Assembly: GCA_028709615.1 (NCBI GenBank)
Contig: JAQVWQ010000001.1
Span: forward strand, 1-50,563
Reading direction: 5' to 3'
Origin: Clostridia bacterium
GTDB lineage: Bacteria > Bacillota > Dehalobacteriia > UBA4068
Length of the DNA: 50,563 nucleotides
Below the pieces are notes generated by a model. That model made no database searches. It had not been told where the DNA came from and was given only the letters and a program-made list of their open reading frames with translations. Positions 35,669 through 43,995 of this stretch are shown here, one piece after another. The first letter of the stretch is position 1, and each line of letters begins with the position of its first letter. The position numbers and the translations under genes are program-made.

Positions 35669-37339
35669 ATGACAGAAGCAACAAATTATATTACCGTAAC
35701 CTACGATAACGATCAAAATGTACAAGTTCCGGTTGGCAGCTCTTTGGCGGAAATTTGTACATGCATACCAAGACGGTATCCGCGCCCTTTGGCGGCAGAG
35801 GTCAACAATGTCCTGCACGAAATGGATTATAAGCTGTTTTCCGACAGTACGATTATTTGGCGTGATTACACCACGGCAGCAGGCTTTCGCATCTATTCCC
35901 GCAGTGTGACCTTTTTGTTAATGGCGGCCTGCAAGCGGCTTTATCCCGACTGCGATATCGATGTCTGCCATTTGTTGGAAAACGGCGTTTTTTGTCGATT
36001 GATCGGCAATCGGCCTTTTGAGCGGTCAATGATTTTTTCCTTGCAGGAAGAGATGAAAAAAATGGTAAAAGAAGATTTGCCGATTAATTGTCAAGTGGTA
36101 ACCAAAGAAGATGCCGTCGCCTTTTTTCAAAGCCAAGGCAAAGAGGCCAAAGCCAGCTTAATTTCTTGTCGCAAACGCGAAACCCTGCGCCTTTATACCT
36201 TAGAGGGCATAACCGAATATTTTTTCGGCAGAATGGCAAGGTGGACAGGCGTTTTAACACAGTTTGCTCTCAGCCCTTTTTCTGATGGCTTTGTAGTGGC
36301 TCTACCCGTTTTAAAAGAGATGGGACCGATGGCGGGAAAATTTGATGAAGATCGCAATTTGGCTGCCGCTTTAAAGGAATACCGTCTTTTTCGTGAGGCC
36401 ATAGGTGTAGAAACCTTCGGTAAGCTGAATAAAATCATCAACGCCGGCGGCCTGCGTGAGCTGGGCTTAATTGATGAAGCCCGGCAAGAAAGAGCCTTGC
36501 ATTATATTTCCGATATGATAGCCAAGGATTTTCCCAAGGTGCGTGTAGTGATGATTGCCGGCCCCAGCTCTTCCGGAAAAACCACCTTTACCAAGCGTCT
36601 TTGTATTCAATTTAGGCTTTTGGGCTTGCAGCCCGTTTCTATTTCTTTGGATGATTATTTTATTGACCGCGAGCATACGCCCTTAGACGAACAAGGCAAC
36701 AGAAACTACGAAAATATCGAGGCCTTGGATATTGATTTGTTCAGCCGGCATCTGAACGGCTTGCTTAAAAAAGAACAGGTTTGTATCCCCCGCTATAATT
36801 TTTTGACGGGTAAAAGAGATGAGCAGGGCTTTATATGCTCCTTAGACGATGATAAAATTATCGTTATCGAGGGTATTCACGCGCTTAATAAAAGCTTAAC
36901 AGAGCAAATACCTCAAGACTGCATACGCTACATATATGTCAGTGCTTTATCACAAATGAAGCTTGACAGGTATTCTGTTGTATCGTCCTCCGATATTCGT
37001 TTAATGCGCCGTATTATCCGTGACAGCCAGTTCCGCGGACAGTCGGCAGAAAATACACTTCTGCTTTGGCAGGCCGTCCGCCGCGGCGAAACGCAAAACA
37101 TTTTCCCTTATCAAGGCAATGCCGATTTTTATTTTGATTCGGCGCTGGTTTACGAAATTTCGGTTATTAAACAGATCATTGAACCGCTTTTATCAGAAAT
37201 AACAACAGATTCACCCGCTTATTTGGAAGCCAGGCGTTTACAAAATCTATTGCAATATGTTTGTGCTGCTTCTTCAGATGATGTCTTGACCAATTCAATT
37301 TTACAAGAATTTCTTGGTCACAGCTTTTTTTCGTATTAG
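35669..37339 (+). CDS. Uridine/nucleoside kinase-family protein with an N-terminal TGS-like and ThrRS-second-additional-domain-like extension
   Basis: The P-loop GPSSSGKTTFTKRL sits at about residue 300, and the C-terminal half resembles PRK/Udk. The N-terminal 270 aa form a non-kinase extension. Confidence 0.7.
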   Translation: MTEATNYITVTYDNDQNVQVPVGSSLAEICTCIPRRYPRPLAAEVNNVLHEMDYKLFSDSTIIWRDYTTAAGFRIYSRSVTFLLMAACKRLYPDCDIDVCHLLENGVFCRLIGNRPFERSMIFSLQEEMKKMVKEDLPINCQVVTKEDAVAFFQSQGKEAKASLISCRKRETLRLYTLEGITEYFFGRMARWTGVLTQFALSPFSDGFVVALPVLKEMGPMAGKFDEDRNLAAALKEYRLFREAIGVETFGKLNKIINAGGLRELGLIDEARQERALHYISDMIAKDFPKVRVVMIAGPSSSGKTTFTKRLCIQFRLLGLQPVSISLDDYFIDREHTPLDEQGNRNYENIEALDIDLFSRHLNGLLKKEQVCIPRYNFLTGKRDEQGFICSLDDDKIIVIEGIHALNKSLTEQIPQDCIRYIYVSALSQMKLDRYSVVSSSDIRLMRRIIRDSQFRGQSAENTLLLWQAVRRGETQNIFPYQGNADFYFDSALVYEISVIKQIIEPLLSEITTDSPAYLEARRLQNLLQYVCAASSDDVLTNSILQEFLGHSFFSY

Positions 37340-37386
37340 ATTTATCAACGGTCGTTGATCAACTTTAAGCCCTTTTTATTGATTAT

Positions 37387-37413
37387 ACTCCCTCCTTGCG
37401 GGGGAGTTTTTTC
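37387..37413 (+). terminator. Rho-independent terminator after the kinase-family gene
   Basis: ACTCCC(T)...(G)GGGAGT stem followed by TTTTTT. Confidence 0.65.
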
Positions 37414-37497
37414 TCTTTCACACTTCAGTTCGTTTTTTCATAATATGTATTAAGGAAGGTAGGCAGAGGTTGTGTTCAAGCTTTTAAAAAACTGTCG

Positions 37498-37523
37498 CCC
37501 CCCATTACGGGGGAGTTTTTTTT
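37498..37523 (+). terminator. Second terminator-like hairpin about 110 nt downstream of the first
   Basis: CCCCC-attac-GGGGG followed by ag and a T8 run. The stem is short. Confidence 0.5.
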
Positions 37524-37635
37524 CTTCACTTAGCACCCTTTTTCCTGATATTCCATACTATGTACTATAAACCTCGCCTAAGGATTTTTCTTTTGGCGGA
37601 GTCTAAAACAAAAAGCCGAAAAGGAGAGATGAATA

Positions 37636-37770
37636 ATGTTTAACTATGGCAATGCTTTTGGCGGGGGATACGGCACCTGGGGTTGGGTTTTTAACCTGAT
37701 TATCGTGATAGTCGTGCTGGAATTCCTCTCCAGCGTCACCAGTTGGGGCGCCGGTAGCGGTTGCTACTAA
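37636..37770 (+). CDS. Tiny Gly/Trp-rich single-TM peptide (44 aa), paralog of the next ORF
   Basis: Below the ORF-track cutoff: MFNYGNAFGGGYGTWGWVFNLIIVIVVLEFLSSVTSWGAGSGCY. A GGAG RBS lies 9 nt upstream. It shares a GW-x2-NL-I-x-I-x3-(E/Q)FL core with 37803..38015. Confidence 0.6.
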   Translation: MFNYGNAFGGGYGTWGWVFNLIIVIVVLEFLSSVTSWGAGSGCY

Positions 37771-37802
37771 ATCTAAAATAAGTTAAAAAGGAGGATTATC
37801 AA

Positions 37803-38015
37803 ATGAATTGCTATTCCAATAACTGCAACGATTGCTGCGGCAATCCCGGCGGTAACAGCTGTGGCTTCTTCGGCGGCTTGGGCGGCTTTGGCTGGATTAT
37901 CAACCTGTTAATCATCATTATTGCCATTCAGTTCCTGTGTGAAATTTTCAGCGGAGGCTGGGGCAGCTGTGGTGCAAACAATAGTTGCGGCTGGGGCAAT
38001 AACGGCTGCTGCTGA
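37803..38015 (+). CDS. Small Cys/Gly/Asn/Trp-rich single-TM peptide (70 aa)
   Basis: AAAGGAGG RBS. The central helix GWIINLLIIIIAIQFL is flanked by Cys/Gly-rich termini (NCNDCCGNPGGNSCG, GSCGANNSCGWGNNGCC). Confidence 0.65.
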   Translation: MNCYSNNCNDCCGNPGGNSCGFFGGLGGFGWIINLLIIIIAIQFLCEIFSGGWGSCGANNSCGWGNNGCC

Positions 38016-38040
38016 CAAGCCCTGCCGCAAGGCAATATAA

Positions 38041-38070
38041 AGAGCGGTAACAAACTGTTGTTACCGCTCT
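38041..38070 (+). terminator. 12-bp perfect hairpin after the two-peptide unit
   Basis: agagcggtaaca-aactgt-tgttaccgctct. The downstream T-run is weak (gcaattttta). Confidence 0.5.
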
Positions 38071-38107
38071 GCAATTTTTAATTTACTTTAGAAAGGAGGG
38101 TGGCAAA

Positions 38108-38908
38108 ATGGTAATGAACGCGGGCAGGCCGGGAGGTTCATTATTGGGGCTTTTGCCTAATCTGTTTTCCGGCGGAGGCGGCGGAAGTATGTTATCTTCA
38201 TTGTCTGAGCTGATGGGCGGAAGCAGCGGAATGTTATCCGTATTATCAGGTTTAATGGGCGGAGGCATGGGCGGGGGCATGAGCAGCGGTTTTAGCTCTG
38301 CCGGCAATCAGTCCGCGCCAAGTTATGATCTTAACGACTTACTCAATCGCTTATCCTCCATGATGAATAATAACGCTCCGAATATGCCACCTCCTTCAGG
38401 CATGGGTCAGCCGGATATCGAAGTCGAGCCGATTATCGAAACAACAATGGCTGATGACGGAGGTTTCCGTGCTGATCAGACGGGCGGCAGTTATCATCAA
38501 AACGGCAATTCCGAAAACAGCGGCGGAGCCAAGGCCTTTAATTTTGAGGATGCCGCCCCTCTCTTGGCATTATTAAACGAGCTTTTGCTAAAAAAAGAAA
38601 AAACACAAAATACTTATCAAGCTCCGCCCTCAAGCTCCACAGCAACGGATAGCGGAACGCCTCTTGACGAGCAGGAGCCGTTTCGTCGCGGTTATGAGGC
38701 CGGTTTTCGTCAGGGACGAATAAATAACCTTGCCGCAAACAGCGAAACAGAAGCTGAATGTTTACAAAGCCCTTATAGGCAGGCTGCAGATTATGAAGCT
38801 GAGCCTTATTTGCCCTGTGCTTTAGGTTGTAATTGTTTTCTTTGTCGGCAAGATCTGCCCGACTGGGCCGAAGTGCGGCAAATGGCTGCCTCTTGGCAGC
38901 GTTACTAA
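38108..38908 (+). CDS. Low-complexity Gly/Met/Ser-rich protein with a C-terminal Cys cluster (hypothetical, possibly spore-associated)
   Basis: GAAAGGAGGG RBS. The N-terminal repeats read SMLSSLSELMGG / SGMLSVLSGLMGG / GMGGGMSSG. The middle is Pro/Ser/Asn-rich, and the C-terminus carries C-x3-C-x-C-x2-C (CALGCNCFLC). Confidence 0.6.
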   Translation: MVMNAGRPGGSLLGLLPNLFSGGGGGSMLSSLSELMGGSSGMLSVLSGLMGGGMGGGMSSGFSSAGNQSAPSYDLNDLLNRLSSMMNNNAPNMPPPSGMGQPDIEVEPIIETTMADDGGFRADQTGGSYHQNGNSENSGGAKAFNFEDAAPLLALLNELLLKKEKTQNTYQAPPSSSTATDSGTPLDEQEPFRRGYEAGFRQGRINNLAANSETEAECLQSPYRQAADYEAEPYLPCALGCNCFLCRQDLPDWAEVRQMAASWQRY

Positions 38909-38925
38909 AAAAGGAGGACTGATTA

Positions 38926-39135
38926 ATGTTTAATATCAACAAACCGCGTAATGTCGGAGAGCTGCGTGCTCTTTATGAGCAATACGGGCGTTTTTTAACC
39001 CCCGACAACCGCCGTTTGCTCGAGAGCTTGATAACGGAAATGGAAAAAGGCCCCGATAAAGCCAGCCAGCAAAAACTGCGCGATATTGCGGGCAGAATGA
39101 AAAACAATCTTAATAATATGCAAAACAAAAGATAA
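38926..39135 (+). CDS. Small basic helical protein (69 aa, hypothetical)
   Basis: AAGGAGG RBS 7 nt upstream. It starts 17 nt after the preceding gene and is followed directly by a terminator. Confidence 0.55.
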   Translation: MFNINKPRNVGELRALYEQYGRFLTPDNRRLLESLITEMEKGPDKASQQKLRDIAGRMKNNLNNMQNKR

Positions 39136-39155
39136 GGGCTGCCTTATCTTTTTTT
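39131..39155 (+). terminator. Rho-independent terminator
   Basis: gataagg-gctg-ccttatc followed by T7. The stop codon lies within the stem. Confidence 0.7.
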
Positions 39156-39354
39156 ATATACATAATTATAATTTAAATAAAAATAATATTAATCTTAGCT
39201 AGCTTGCTTAATCCCGTGGGTATGTGTCAGTAACGCATACCCGGTTATTGTTAAAAAATCATCAAAATTCAGACAGGAAAATACCGTTAGCTCATAGAAC
39301 AAATATAAGTTGAAATCTACCTATAATTTGTTTATAACGAAAGGATGAATAAAT

Positions 39355-41058
39355 TTGCAAGCTACCAAAGCATTAACCGTAATAGGAGAAATACGCGCTA
39401 TGCTGGCACAAGGCGTGCGCATCGCGCTGGAAAAAGCCAAAGATGACGATAAACTTGATTTTGATGCTTTGCCGGACATTGTTATCGAAGTTCCCAGAGA
39501 AGAAAAATATGGCGATTTTGCCACTAATGCCGCTATGCAAATGGCGAGGGCAGCAAGAAAAAATCCGCGGGAAATCGCACAAATTATCGCCGATTATTTT
39601 CCGACACATAGCACCTCTGTGGATTCGGTGGAAATCGCCGGCCCCGGTTTTATAAATTTTCATTTAAAGGACACCTGGCTGACAGAAATCTTTGCCAAAA
39701 TAGTAACTGAGGGCGAGCAGTTCGGTAATTCTTCTTTTGGCGAGGGTAAAAAAGTACAGGTGGAGTTTGTCAGTGCCAATCCTACCGGAGAACTGCATAT
39801 GGGCAATGCCCGCGGCGCGGCCATCGGTGACACGCTGGCAGGTCTTTTGCAGCTGGCCGGCTATCAGGTTGAGCGTGAGTTTTATATCAACGATGCCGGC
39901 AATCAAATCGAAAAATTTGCCAATTCACTGGAAGCCCGCTATTTACAGGCCTTAGGCGAGGATGTCCCTTTTCCCGAGGACGGCTACCACGGTGAGGATA
40001 TTACCAAGCTAATGGCCTCTTTAGTTGAAAAGGAGGGCGATAAATACCAAAAAATGGAAGGCTCTCTGCGGCGGGAGCTGTTAACTTCTTACGCGCTAAA
40101 GATCAAGCTTAGTGATATTCGTTCAGTGCTTTCGTCCTTTGCAGTTGAGTATGACTGCTGGTTTTCCGAGCAAAGCCTGCACGACAGCGGCGCGGTCGAA
40201 ATAATTGTCAAACGCCTGCAAGAGGAGGGCTGGCTTTTGGAAAAAGAAGGAGCTCTTTGGCTGGATTGCAGCCGTTTCGGATCTGACGAAAAGCCCGAAG
40301 TCTTGGTGCGTTCCAATGGCGTTCCCACTTATTATGCAGCCGATATCGCTTATCACGACAACAAATTCAAGCGCGGCTTTGATACGGTCATCAATGTTTG
40401 GGGAGCCGATCATCACGGACATGTAGCAAGAATGCAGGGTGCTATGGAGGCCTTAGGCTATGACCGCAACCGTCTTGAGGTTATCTTAATGCAGCTTGTC
40501 CGCCTTTATCGCGGCGGCGAGATTGTTAAAATGTCTAAACGCACCGGCACCTATGTTACGCTCAATGAGCTGATCGAAGAGGTCGGCAAGGATGCCGCAC
40601 GCTTCTTTTTTGTCGCCCGCTCAGCCGACAGTCAAATGGACTTCGACTTGGATTTAGCCGTTACGCAATCCTCCGATAACCCTGTTTATTATGTTCAATA
40701 CGCTCACGCCCGCATTTGCTCAATATTGGCAGCCGCGGCAGGCGAGGGGCTGTCTGTTGACGAAAACACCAAAATCAATTACGATTGCTTAACACACGAA
40801 AGTGAATTGCAGCTGATTCGCAAGCTGGCAGACTTTCCTGATGAGGTTGTTAAAGCGGCCGTCGCTCGTGAGCCGCACCATATTGCGGCTTATGTGTTGG
40901 ACTTAGCAGGCTTATTCCATAATTTTTACAGCCATTGCCGGGTTTTGGGTGTAGATAAAGAGCTTTCTTTGGCTCGTTTGCAGTTAATTACCGTTCTGGC
41001 TCGTGTTATTAAAAAGGCTTTAGCGGCAATGGGTGTTTCCGCACCGCAAAAAATGTAA
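39355..41058 (+). CDS. argS: Arginine--tRNA ligase ArgS
   Basis: 567 aa with the class I HIGH-type motif (ANPTGELHMGNARG), an MSKR variant of KMSKS and a DALR anticodon-binding C-terminus. It uses a TTG start. Confidence 0.93.
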   Translation: MQATKALTVIGEIRAMLAQGVRIALEKAKDDDKLDFDALPDIVIEVPREEKYGDFATNAAMQMARAARKNPREIAQIIADYFPTHSTSVDSVEIAGPGFINFHLKDTWLTEIFAKIVTEGEQFGNSSFGEGKKVQVEFVSANPTGELHMGNARGAAIGDTLAGLLQLAGYQVEREFYINDAGNQIEKFANSLEARYLQALGEDVPFPEDGYHGEDITKLMASLVEKEGDKYQKMEGSLRRELLTSYALKIKLSDIRSVLSSFAVEYDCWFSEQSLHDSGAVEIIVKRLQEEGWLLEKEGALWLDCSRFGSDEKPEVLVRSNGVPTYYAADIAYHDNKFKRGFDTVINVWGADHHGHVARMQGAMEALGYDRNRLEVILMQLVRLYRGGEIVKMSKRTGTYVTLNELIEEVGKDAARFFFVARSADSQMDFDLDLAVTQSSDNPVYYVQYAHARICSILAAAAGEGLSVDENTKINYDCLTHESELQLIRKLADFPDEVVKAAVAREPHHIAAYVLDLAGLFHNFYSHCRVLGVDKELSLARLQLITVLARVIKKALAAMGVSAPQKM

Positions 41059-41077
41059 TAAAAGGGAGTGTGCGACA

Positions 41078-41692
41078 ATGATCAGAATAGTAGCCGTAGC
41101 CTTTTTGGGTTTAATCATAATTGCCGTTTTAATCGGCATATATATATGGCTGGGTAAAGCTGAGCGTCGCGAAAATCTGGCACAAAAGCTGGAAAATGTT
41201 GCTCAAACAGGCGATGAGGCCTTATTAGTGCTTTTGGCAGGCGCGCAAAGCGATGAAGAAAAAGAAGAGCTTTTGCGTTTTGCCGAAAGCGGCGAATATC
41301 GCGCAGTTAAAGCCGCCGAAACAGACGAGCAGTCGGCAGAAAAGTCTGCATCCTTGCAAAGTAATTTAACAGCAAAAGAGCCCTTAGCCGATCAGCAGCC
41401 CTTGGAACAGGCGGTCAATGATCAAGAATCCCAACCTCTTAAGCAAGCCCAGCTGCCTAATAAACTTGATTTGGAAACCCTGCCCATTTTTGATAAAACA
41501 GAGCAGGCCGCTCCAACCGGAGTTCAGGCGGCTGTTGATGAGCTGATGCGGCAGGCCGAAAATGGCGAGCAGGCAAAGACGGTTAATACCGAGCCTTTAA
41601 ATAATCAGCCGCAATTAAACGATTTGAATGAAGATACTATTTTAACAGCTTTGTATGATGAAAAACCGGAAGACGAAACAATTATTGTTTAA
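41078..41692 (+). CDS. N-terminally membrane-anchored acidic Glu/Gln-rich protein (hypothetical)
   Basis: The ATG at 41078 follows AGGGAG. It has one TM helix (IVAVAFLGLIIIAVLIGIYIWL) and then a low-complexity acidic tail. The ORF-track start at 41033 overlaps argS. Confidence 0.55.
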   Translation: MIRIVAVAFLGLIIIAVLIGIYIWLGKAERRENLAQKLENVAQTGDEALLVLLAGAQSDEEKEELLRFAESGEYRAVKAAETDEQSAEKSASLQSNLTAKEPLADQQPLEQAVNDQESQPLKQAQLPNKLDLETLPIFDKTEQAAPTGVQAAVDELMRQAENGEQAKTVNTEPLNNQPQLNDLNEDTILTALYDEKPEDETIIV

Positions 41693-41712
41693 TAAGTTAA
41701 GGAGGGTTTATT

Positions 41713-42126
41713 TTGCGAGTAGCCTTTTTCCTTTTACCAAAAAGCGAAACGGTTTATCTTGTTGAAAATCAAACGGTGCGTCAAGGTCTGGAAAAACTTC
41801 GTCATCATGGTTATACTGCTGTTCCTCTCTTAGATACGGATGGCCGCTATGTCGGTACATTAACAACGGCGGATTTCCTCTGGTATTTAAAAGAGCAGCA
41901 CAATTTGGATTTAGTTAAAGCAGAAAAAACTTTTCTTACAGATGTTCCGCGCGAGCATCACAAAGATGCGGTTTCTGTAAATTGTGAAATTCAGGATTTA
42001 TTTATCAAAGCCATGGAACAAAACTTTATTCCCGTAGTTGATGATTATGATACTTATATCGGAATAGTGCGCAGGCGGGATATTATGGAATATTTTCGCG
42101 GGCAGGTTCCGGCTGAATTTAAATAA
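41713..42126 (+). CDS. CBS-domain pair protein
   Basis: 137 aa with two CBS-like motifs (..HGYTAVPLLDTDGRYVGTLT.., ..NFIPVVDDYDTYIGIVRRRDI..). It has a GGAGGG RBS and a TTG start. Confidence 0.75.
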   Translation: MRVAFFLLPKSETVYLVENQTVRQGLEKLRHHGYTAVPLLDTDGRYVGTLTTADFLWYLKEQHNLDLVKAEKTFLTDVPREHHKDAVSVNCEIQDLFIKAMEQNFIPVVDDYDTYIGIVRRRDIMEYFRGQVPAEFK

Positions 42127-42173
42127 AAGTGTACATAATAACAAAAACAACCAATATCCTAAGGAGGATAAAA

Positions 42174-43979
42174 ATGACGCAAAGCAAACAAATTCCCCAG
42201 CGCAAGGAGATTGATGATAAATATAAATGGCAGGTAGAGCACATTTATCCTAACCAGGCTGCCTGGCGCATCGATTGTCAAAAAATCAAAGAGCTTTTAC
42301 CCAAGGCTGCCGCCTTTGTCGGCCGTCTGGCCGAAAGTCCGGATCTGCTGGCGGACTTTTTTGCTTACCGCGAAGAATTGTCGCTTCTGCTTGATAAGGT
42401 CTATCTTTACGCTTCCATGAAAAAAGACGAGGATAACACCGTTGCTCTCTATCAGGGAATGAAAGATAACGCTACCGCCCTTTATATTTCAATATCGCAG
42501 GCGTTAGCCTTTTTTGAGCCGGAATTTCTGGCTATCCCCGCCGAAACGGTTAAAAAGTTTTCGGAACATCCGCGCCTGCTTGTTTATCAAAAGCATATAA
42601 ACGATATTAATCGCCAAAGAGCACATATTTTAAGCCAAAAAGAAGAAGAAATATTGGCGCAAACAGGAGAAATGGCCTCCTCCTTCCGCAATATTTTTAC
42701 CATGTTCAATAACGCCGATATAGATTTTCCCGAAATTGTCAATGCCGAAGGTCAAAATGAAAAAATCAGCCATGGTAATTATCTTGCCTTTTTAGAAAGC
42801 ACTGACCGTCGTGTGCGCTGTGATGCCTTTAAAGGCCTTTATGCCACTTATCGCAGTCATATTAACACCTTGGCCGCCACTTATGCGGCTTCGGTAAAAA
42901 AAGATTGCTTCTATGCCAAAATTCGCAAATTTCCTTCAGCTCTCGAGGGATCCTTGTTCGATGACAATGTACCGCCGGCCGTTTACGATAATCTTATCGC
43001 CACAGTGCGTAAGCACCTTTCGCTGTTTCAACGCTATTTACAGCTGCGCAAAAAATTGCTGGGTCTAAACGAGCTGCATTTTTATGATTTATACTGTCCG
43101 CTTTTTCACGAGGGTGAGCGTAAATACAGCTACGAGCAAGGCCAAGAGCTGGTTTTAAAGGGTTTGGCTCCCCTGCGGGAGCAGTATTTGCAAATTATGA
43201 AATTCGGTTTTGAAAACGGTTGGGTCGATGCTTACGAAAATAAAGGTAAAACCTCGGGGGCCCATTCAACAGGCTGTCAAGGCCAATACCCCTATATTTT
43301 AATGAACTGGCAGGATAACTTAAACAGCGTCTTTACCTTGGCTCACGAGGGCGGTCATTCGCTCCATTCCTGGTTTACCTGGCAAAATCAGCCGCCCGTT
43401 TATGCCGAGTACCGTATTTTTGTGGCCGAGGTGGCCAGTACCGTCAACGAAACGCTGCTTTTAGACTATATGCTAAAAAACAGTACCGGCAAAAGCGAAC
43501 GGCTGGCTCTTTTAAATCATTATTTAGAAGAATTCCGCGGCACCGTGTTCAGACAGACCATGTTTGCCGAGTTTGAAAAAATTGTCCACCAAAAGGCCGA
43601 AAACGACGAACCCTTAACAGCCGAAAGCCTTTGCGAAATTTATCGTGCCCTAAACTATGATTACTTTGGCGATATTGTTGTTTTAGACGAGGAAATCGCT
43701 TTGGAGTGGGCCAGAATACCGCATTTTTACAGTGCATTTTATGTTTATAAATATGCTACCGGGTTTTCTGCGGCTCAAGCCTTGGCAGGCGGTCTTCTCC
43801 AGGATACGGGCAATACGGCTTATAAAAATTATCTGGAGTTTTTAAGTGCGGGCGACAGCCTGGAGCCTTTGGAGGCGCTTAAGGTTGCCGGGGTGGATAT
43901 GACTTCTCCCACGCCGATTGAACAGGCAATGGAAATTTTTGCCGAACGCCTGTCGGAAATAGAAGAGCTGATAAAATAA
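42174..43979 (+). CDS. pepF: Oligoendopeptidase F (M3B family)
   Basis: HEXXH motif in LAHEGGHSLH. Length is about 600 aa. The ATG at 42174 follows AAGGAGG. Confidence 0.88.
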   Translation: MTQSKQIPQRKEIDDKYKWQVEHIYPNQAAWRIDCQKIKELLPKAAAFVGRLAESPDLLADFFAYREELSLLLDKVYLYASMKKDEDNTVALYQGMKDNATALYISISQALAFFEPEFLAIPAETVKKFSEHPRLLVYQKHINDINRQRAHILSQKEEEILAQTGEMASSFRNIFTMFNNADIDFPEIVNAEGQNEKISHGNYLAFLESTDRRVRCDAFKGLYATYRSHINTLAATYAASVKKDCFYAKIRKFPSALEGSLFDDNVPPAVYDNLIATVRKHLSLFQRYLQLRKKLLGLNELHFYDLYCPLFHEGERKYSYEQGQELVLKGLAPLREQYLQIMKFGFENGWVDAYENKGKTSGAHSTGCQGQYPYILMNWQDNLNSVFTLAHEGGHSLHSWFTWQNQPPVYAEYRIFVAEVASTVNETLLLDYMLKNSTGKSERLALLNHYLEEFRGTVFRQTMFAEFEKIVHQKAENDEPLTAESLCEIYRALNYDYFGDIVVLDEEIALEWARIPHFYSAFYVYKYATGFSAAQALAGGLLQDTGNTAYKNYLEFLSAGDSLEPLEALKVAGVDMTSPTPIEQAMEIFAERLSEIEELIK

Positions 43980-43995
43980 TAAAAAGGAGAAAACA

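Noticed and set aside
32345-37456. Shared 12-mer ATGTATTAAGGA upstream of the LysM gene (32345) and inside the 37.4-kb spacer (37445), considered as a common regulatory motif
   Set aside because: A rough estimate says exact 12-mer repeats are expected many times by chance in 50 kb. The similarity does not extend further, and part of it is just an RBS-like AAGGAG.
38083-38307. 74-aa Pro-rich ORF on the minus strand
   Set aside because: It is the antisense reading of the Gly-rich (GGN) repeats of the plus-strand ORF 38108..38908. It has no RBS, and its composition is a mirror artefact.
39156-39354. Possible T-box or other riboswitch leader upstream of argS
   Set aside because: A hairpin (gggtatg..cataccc, about 39226-39252) is present. 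I could not find a T-box sequence (AAnnnGGGTGGTACCGCG-like), a specifier-loop architecture or a terminator/antiterminator pair. The region also has no T-run before the start codon.
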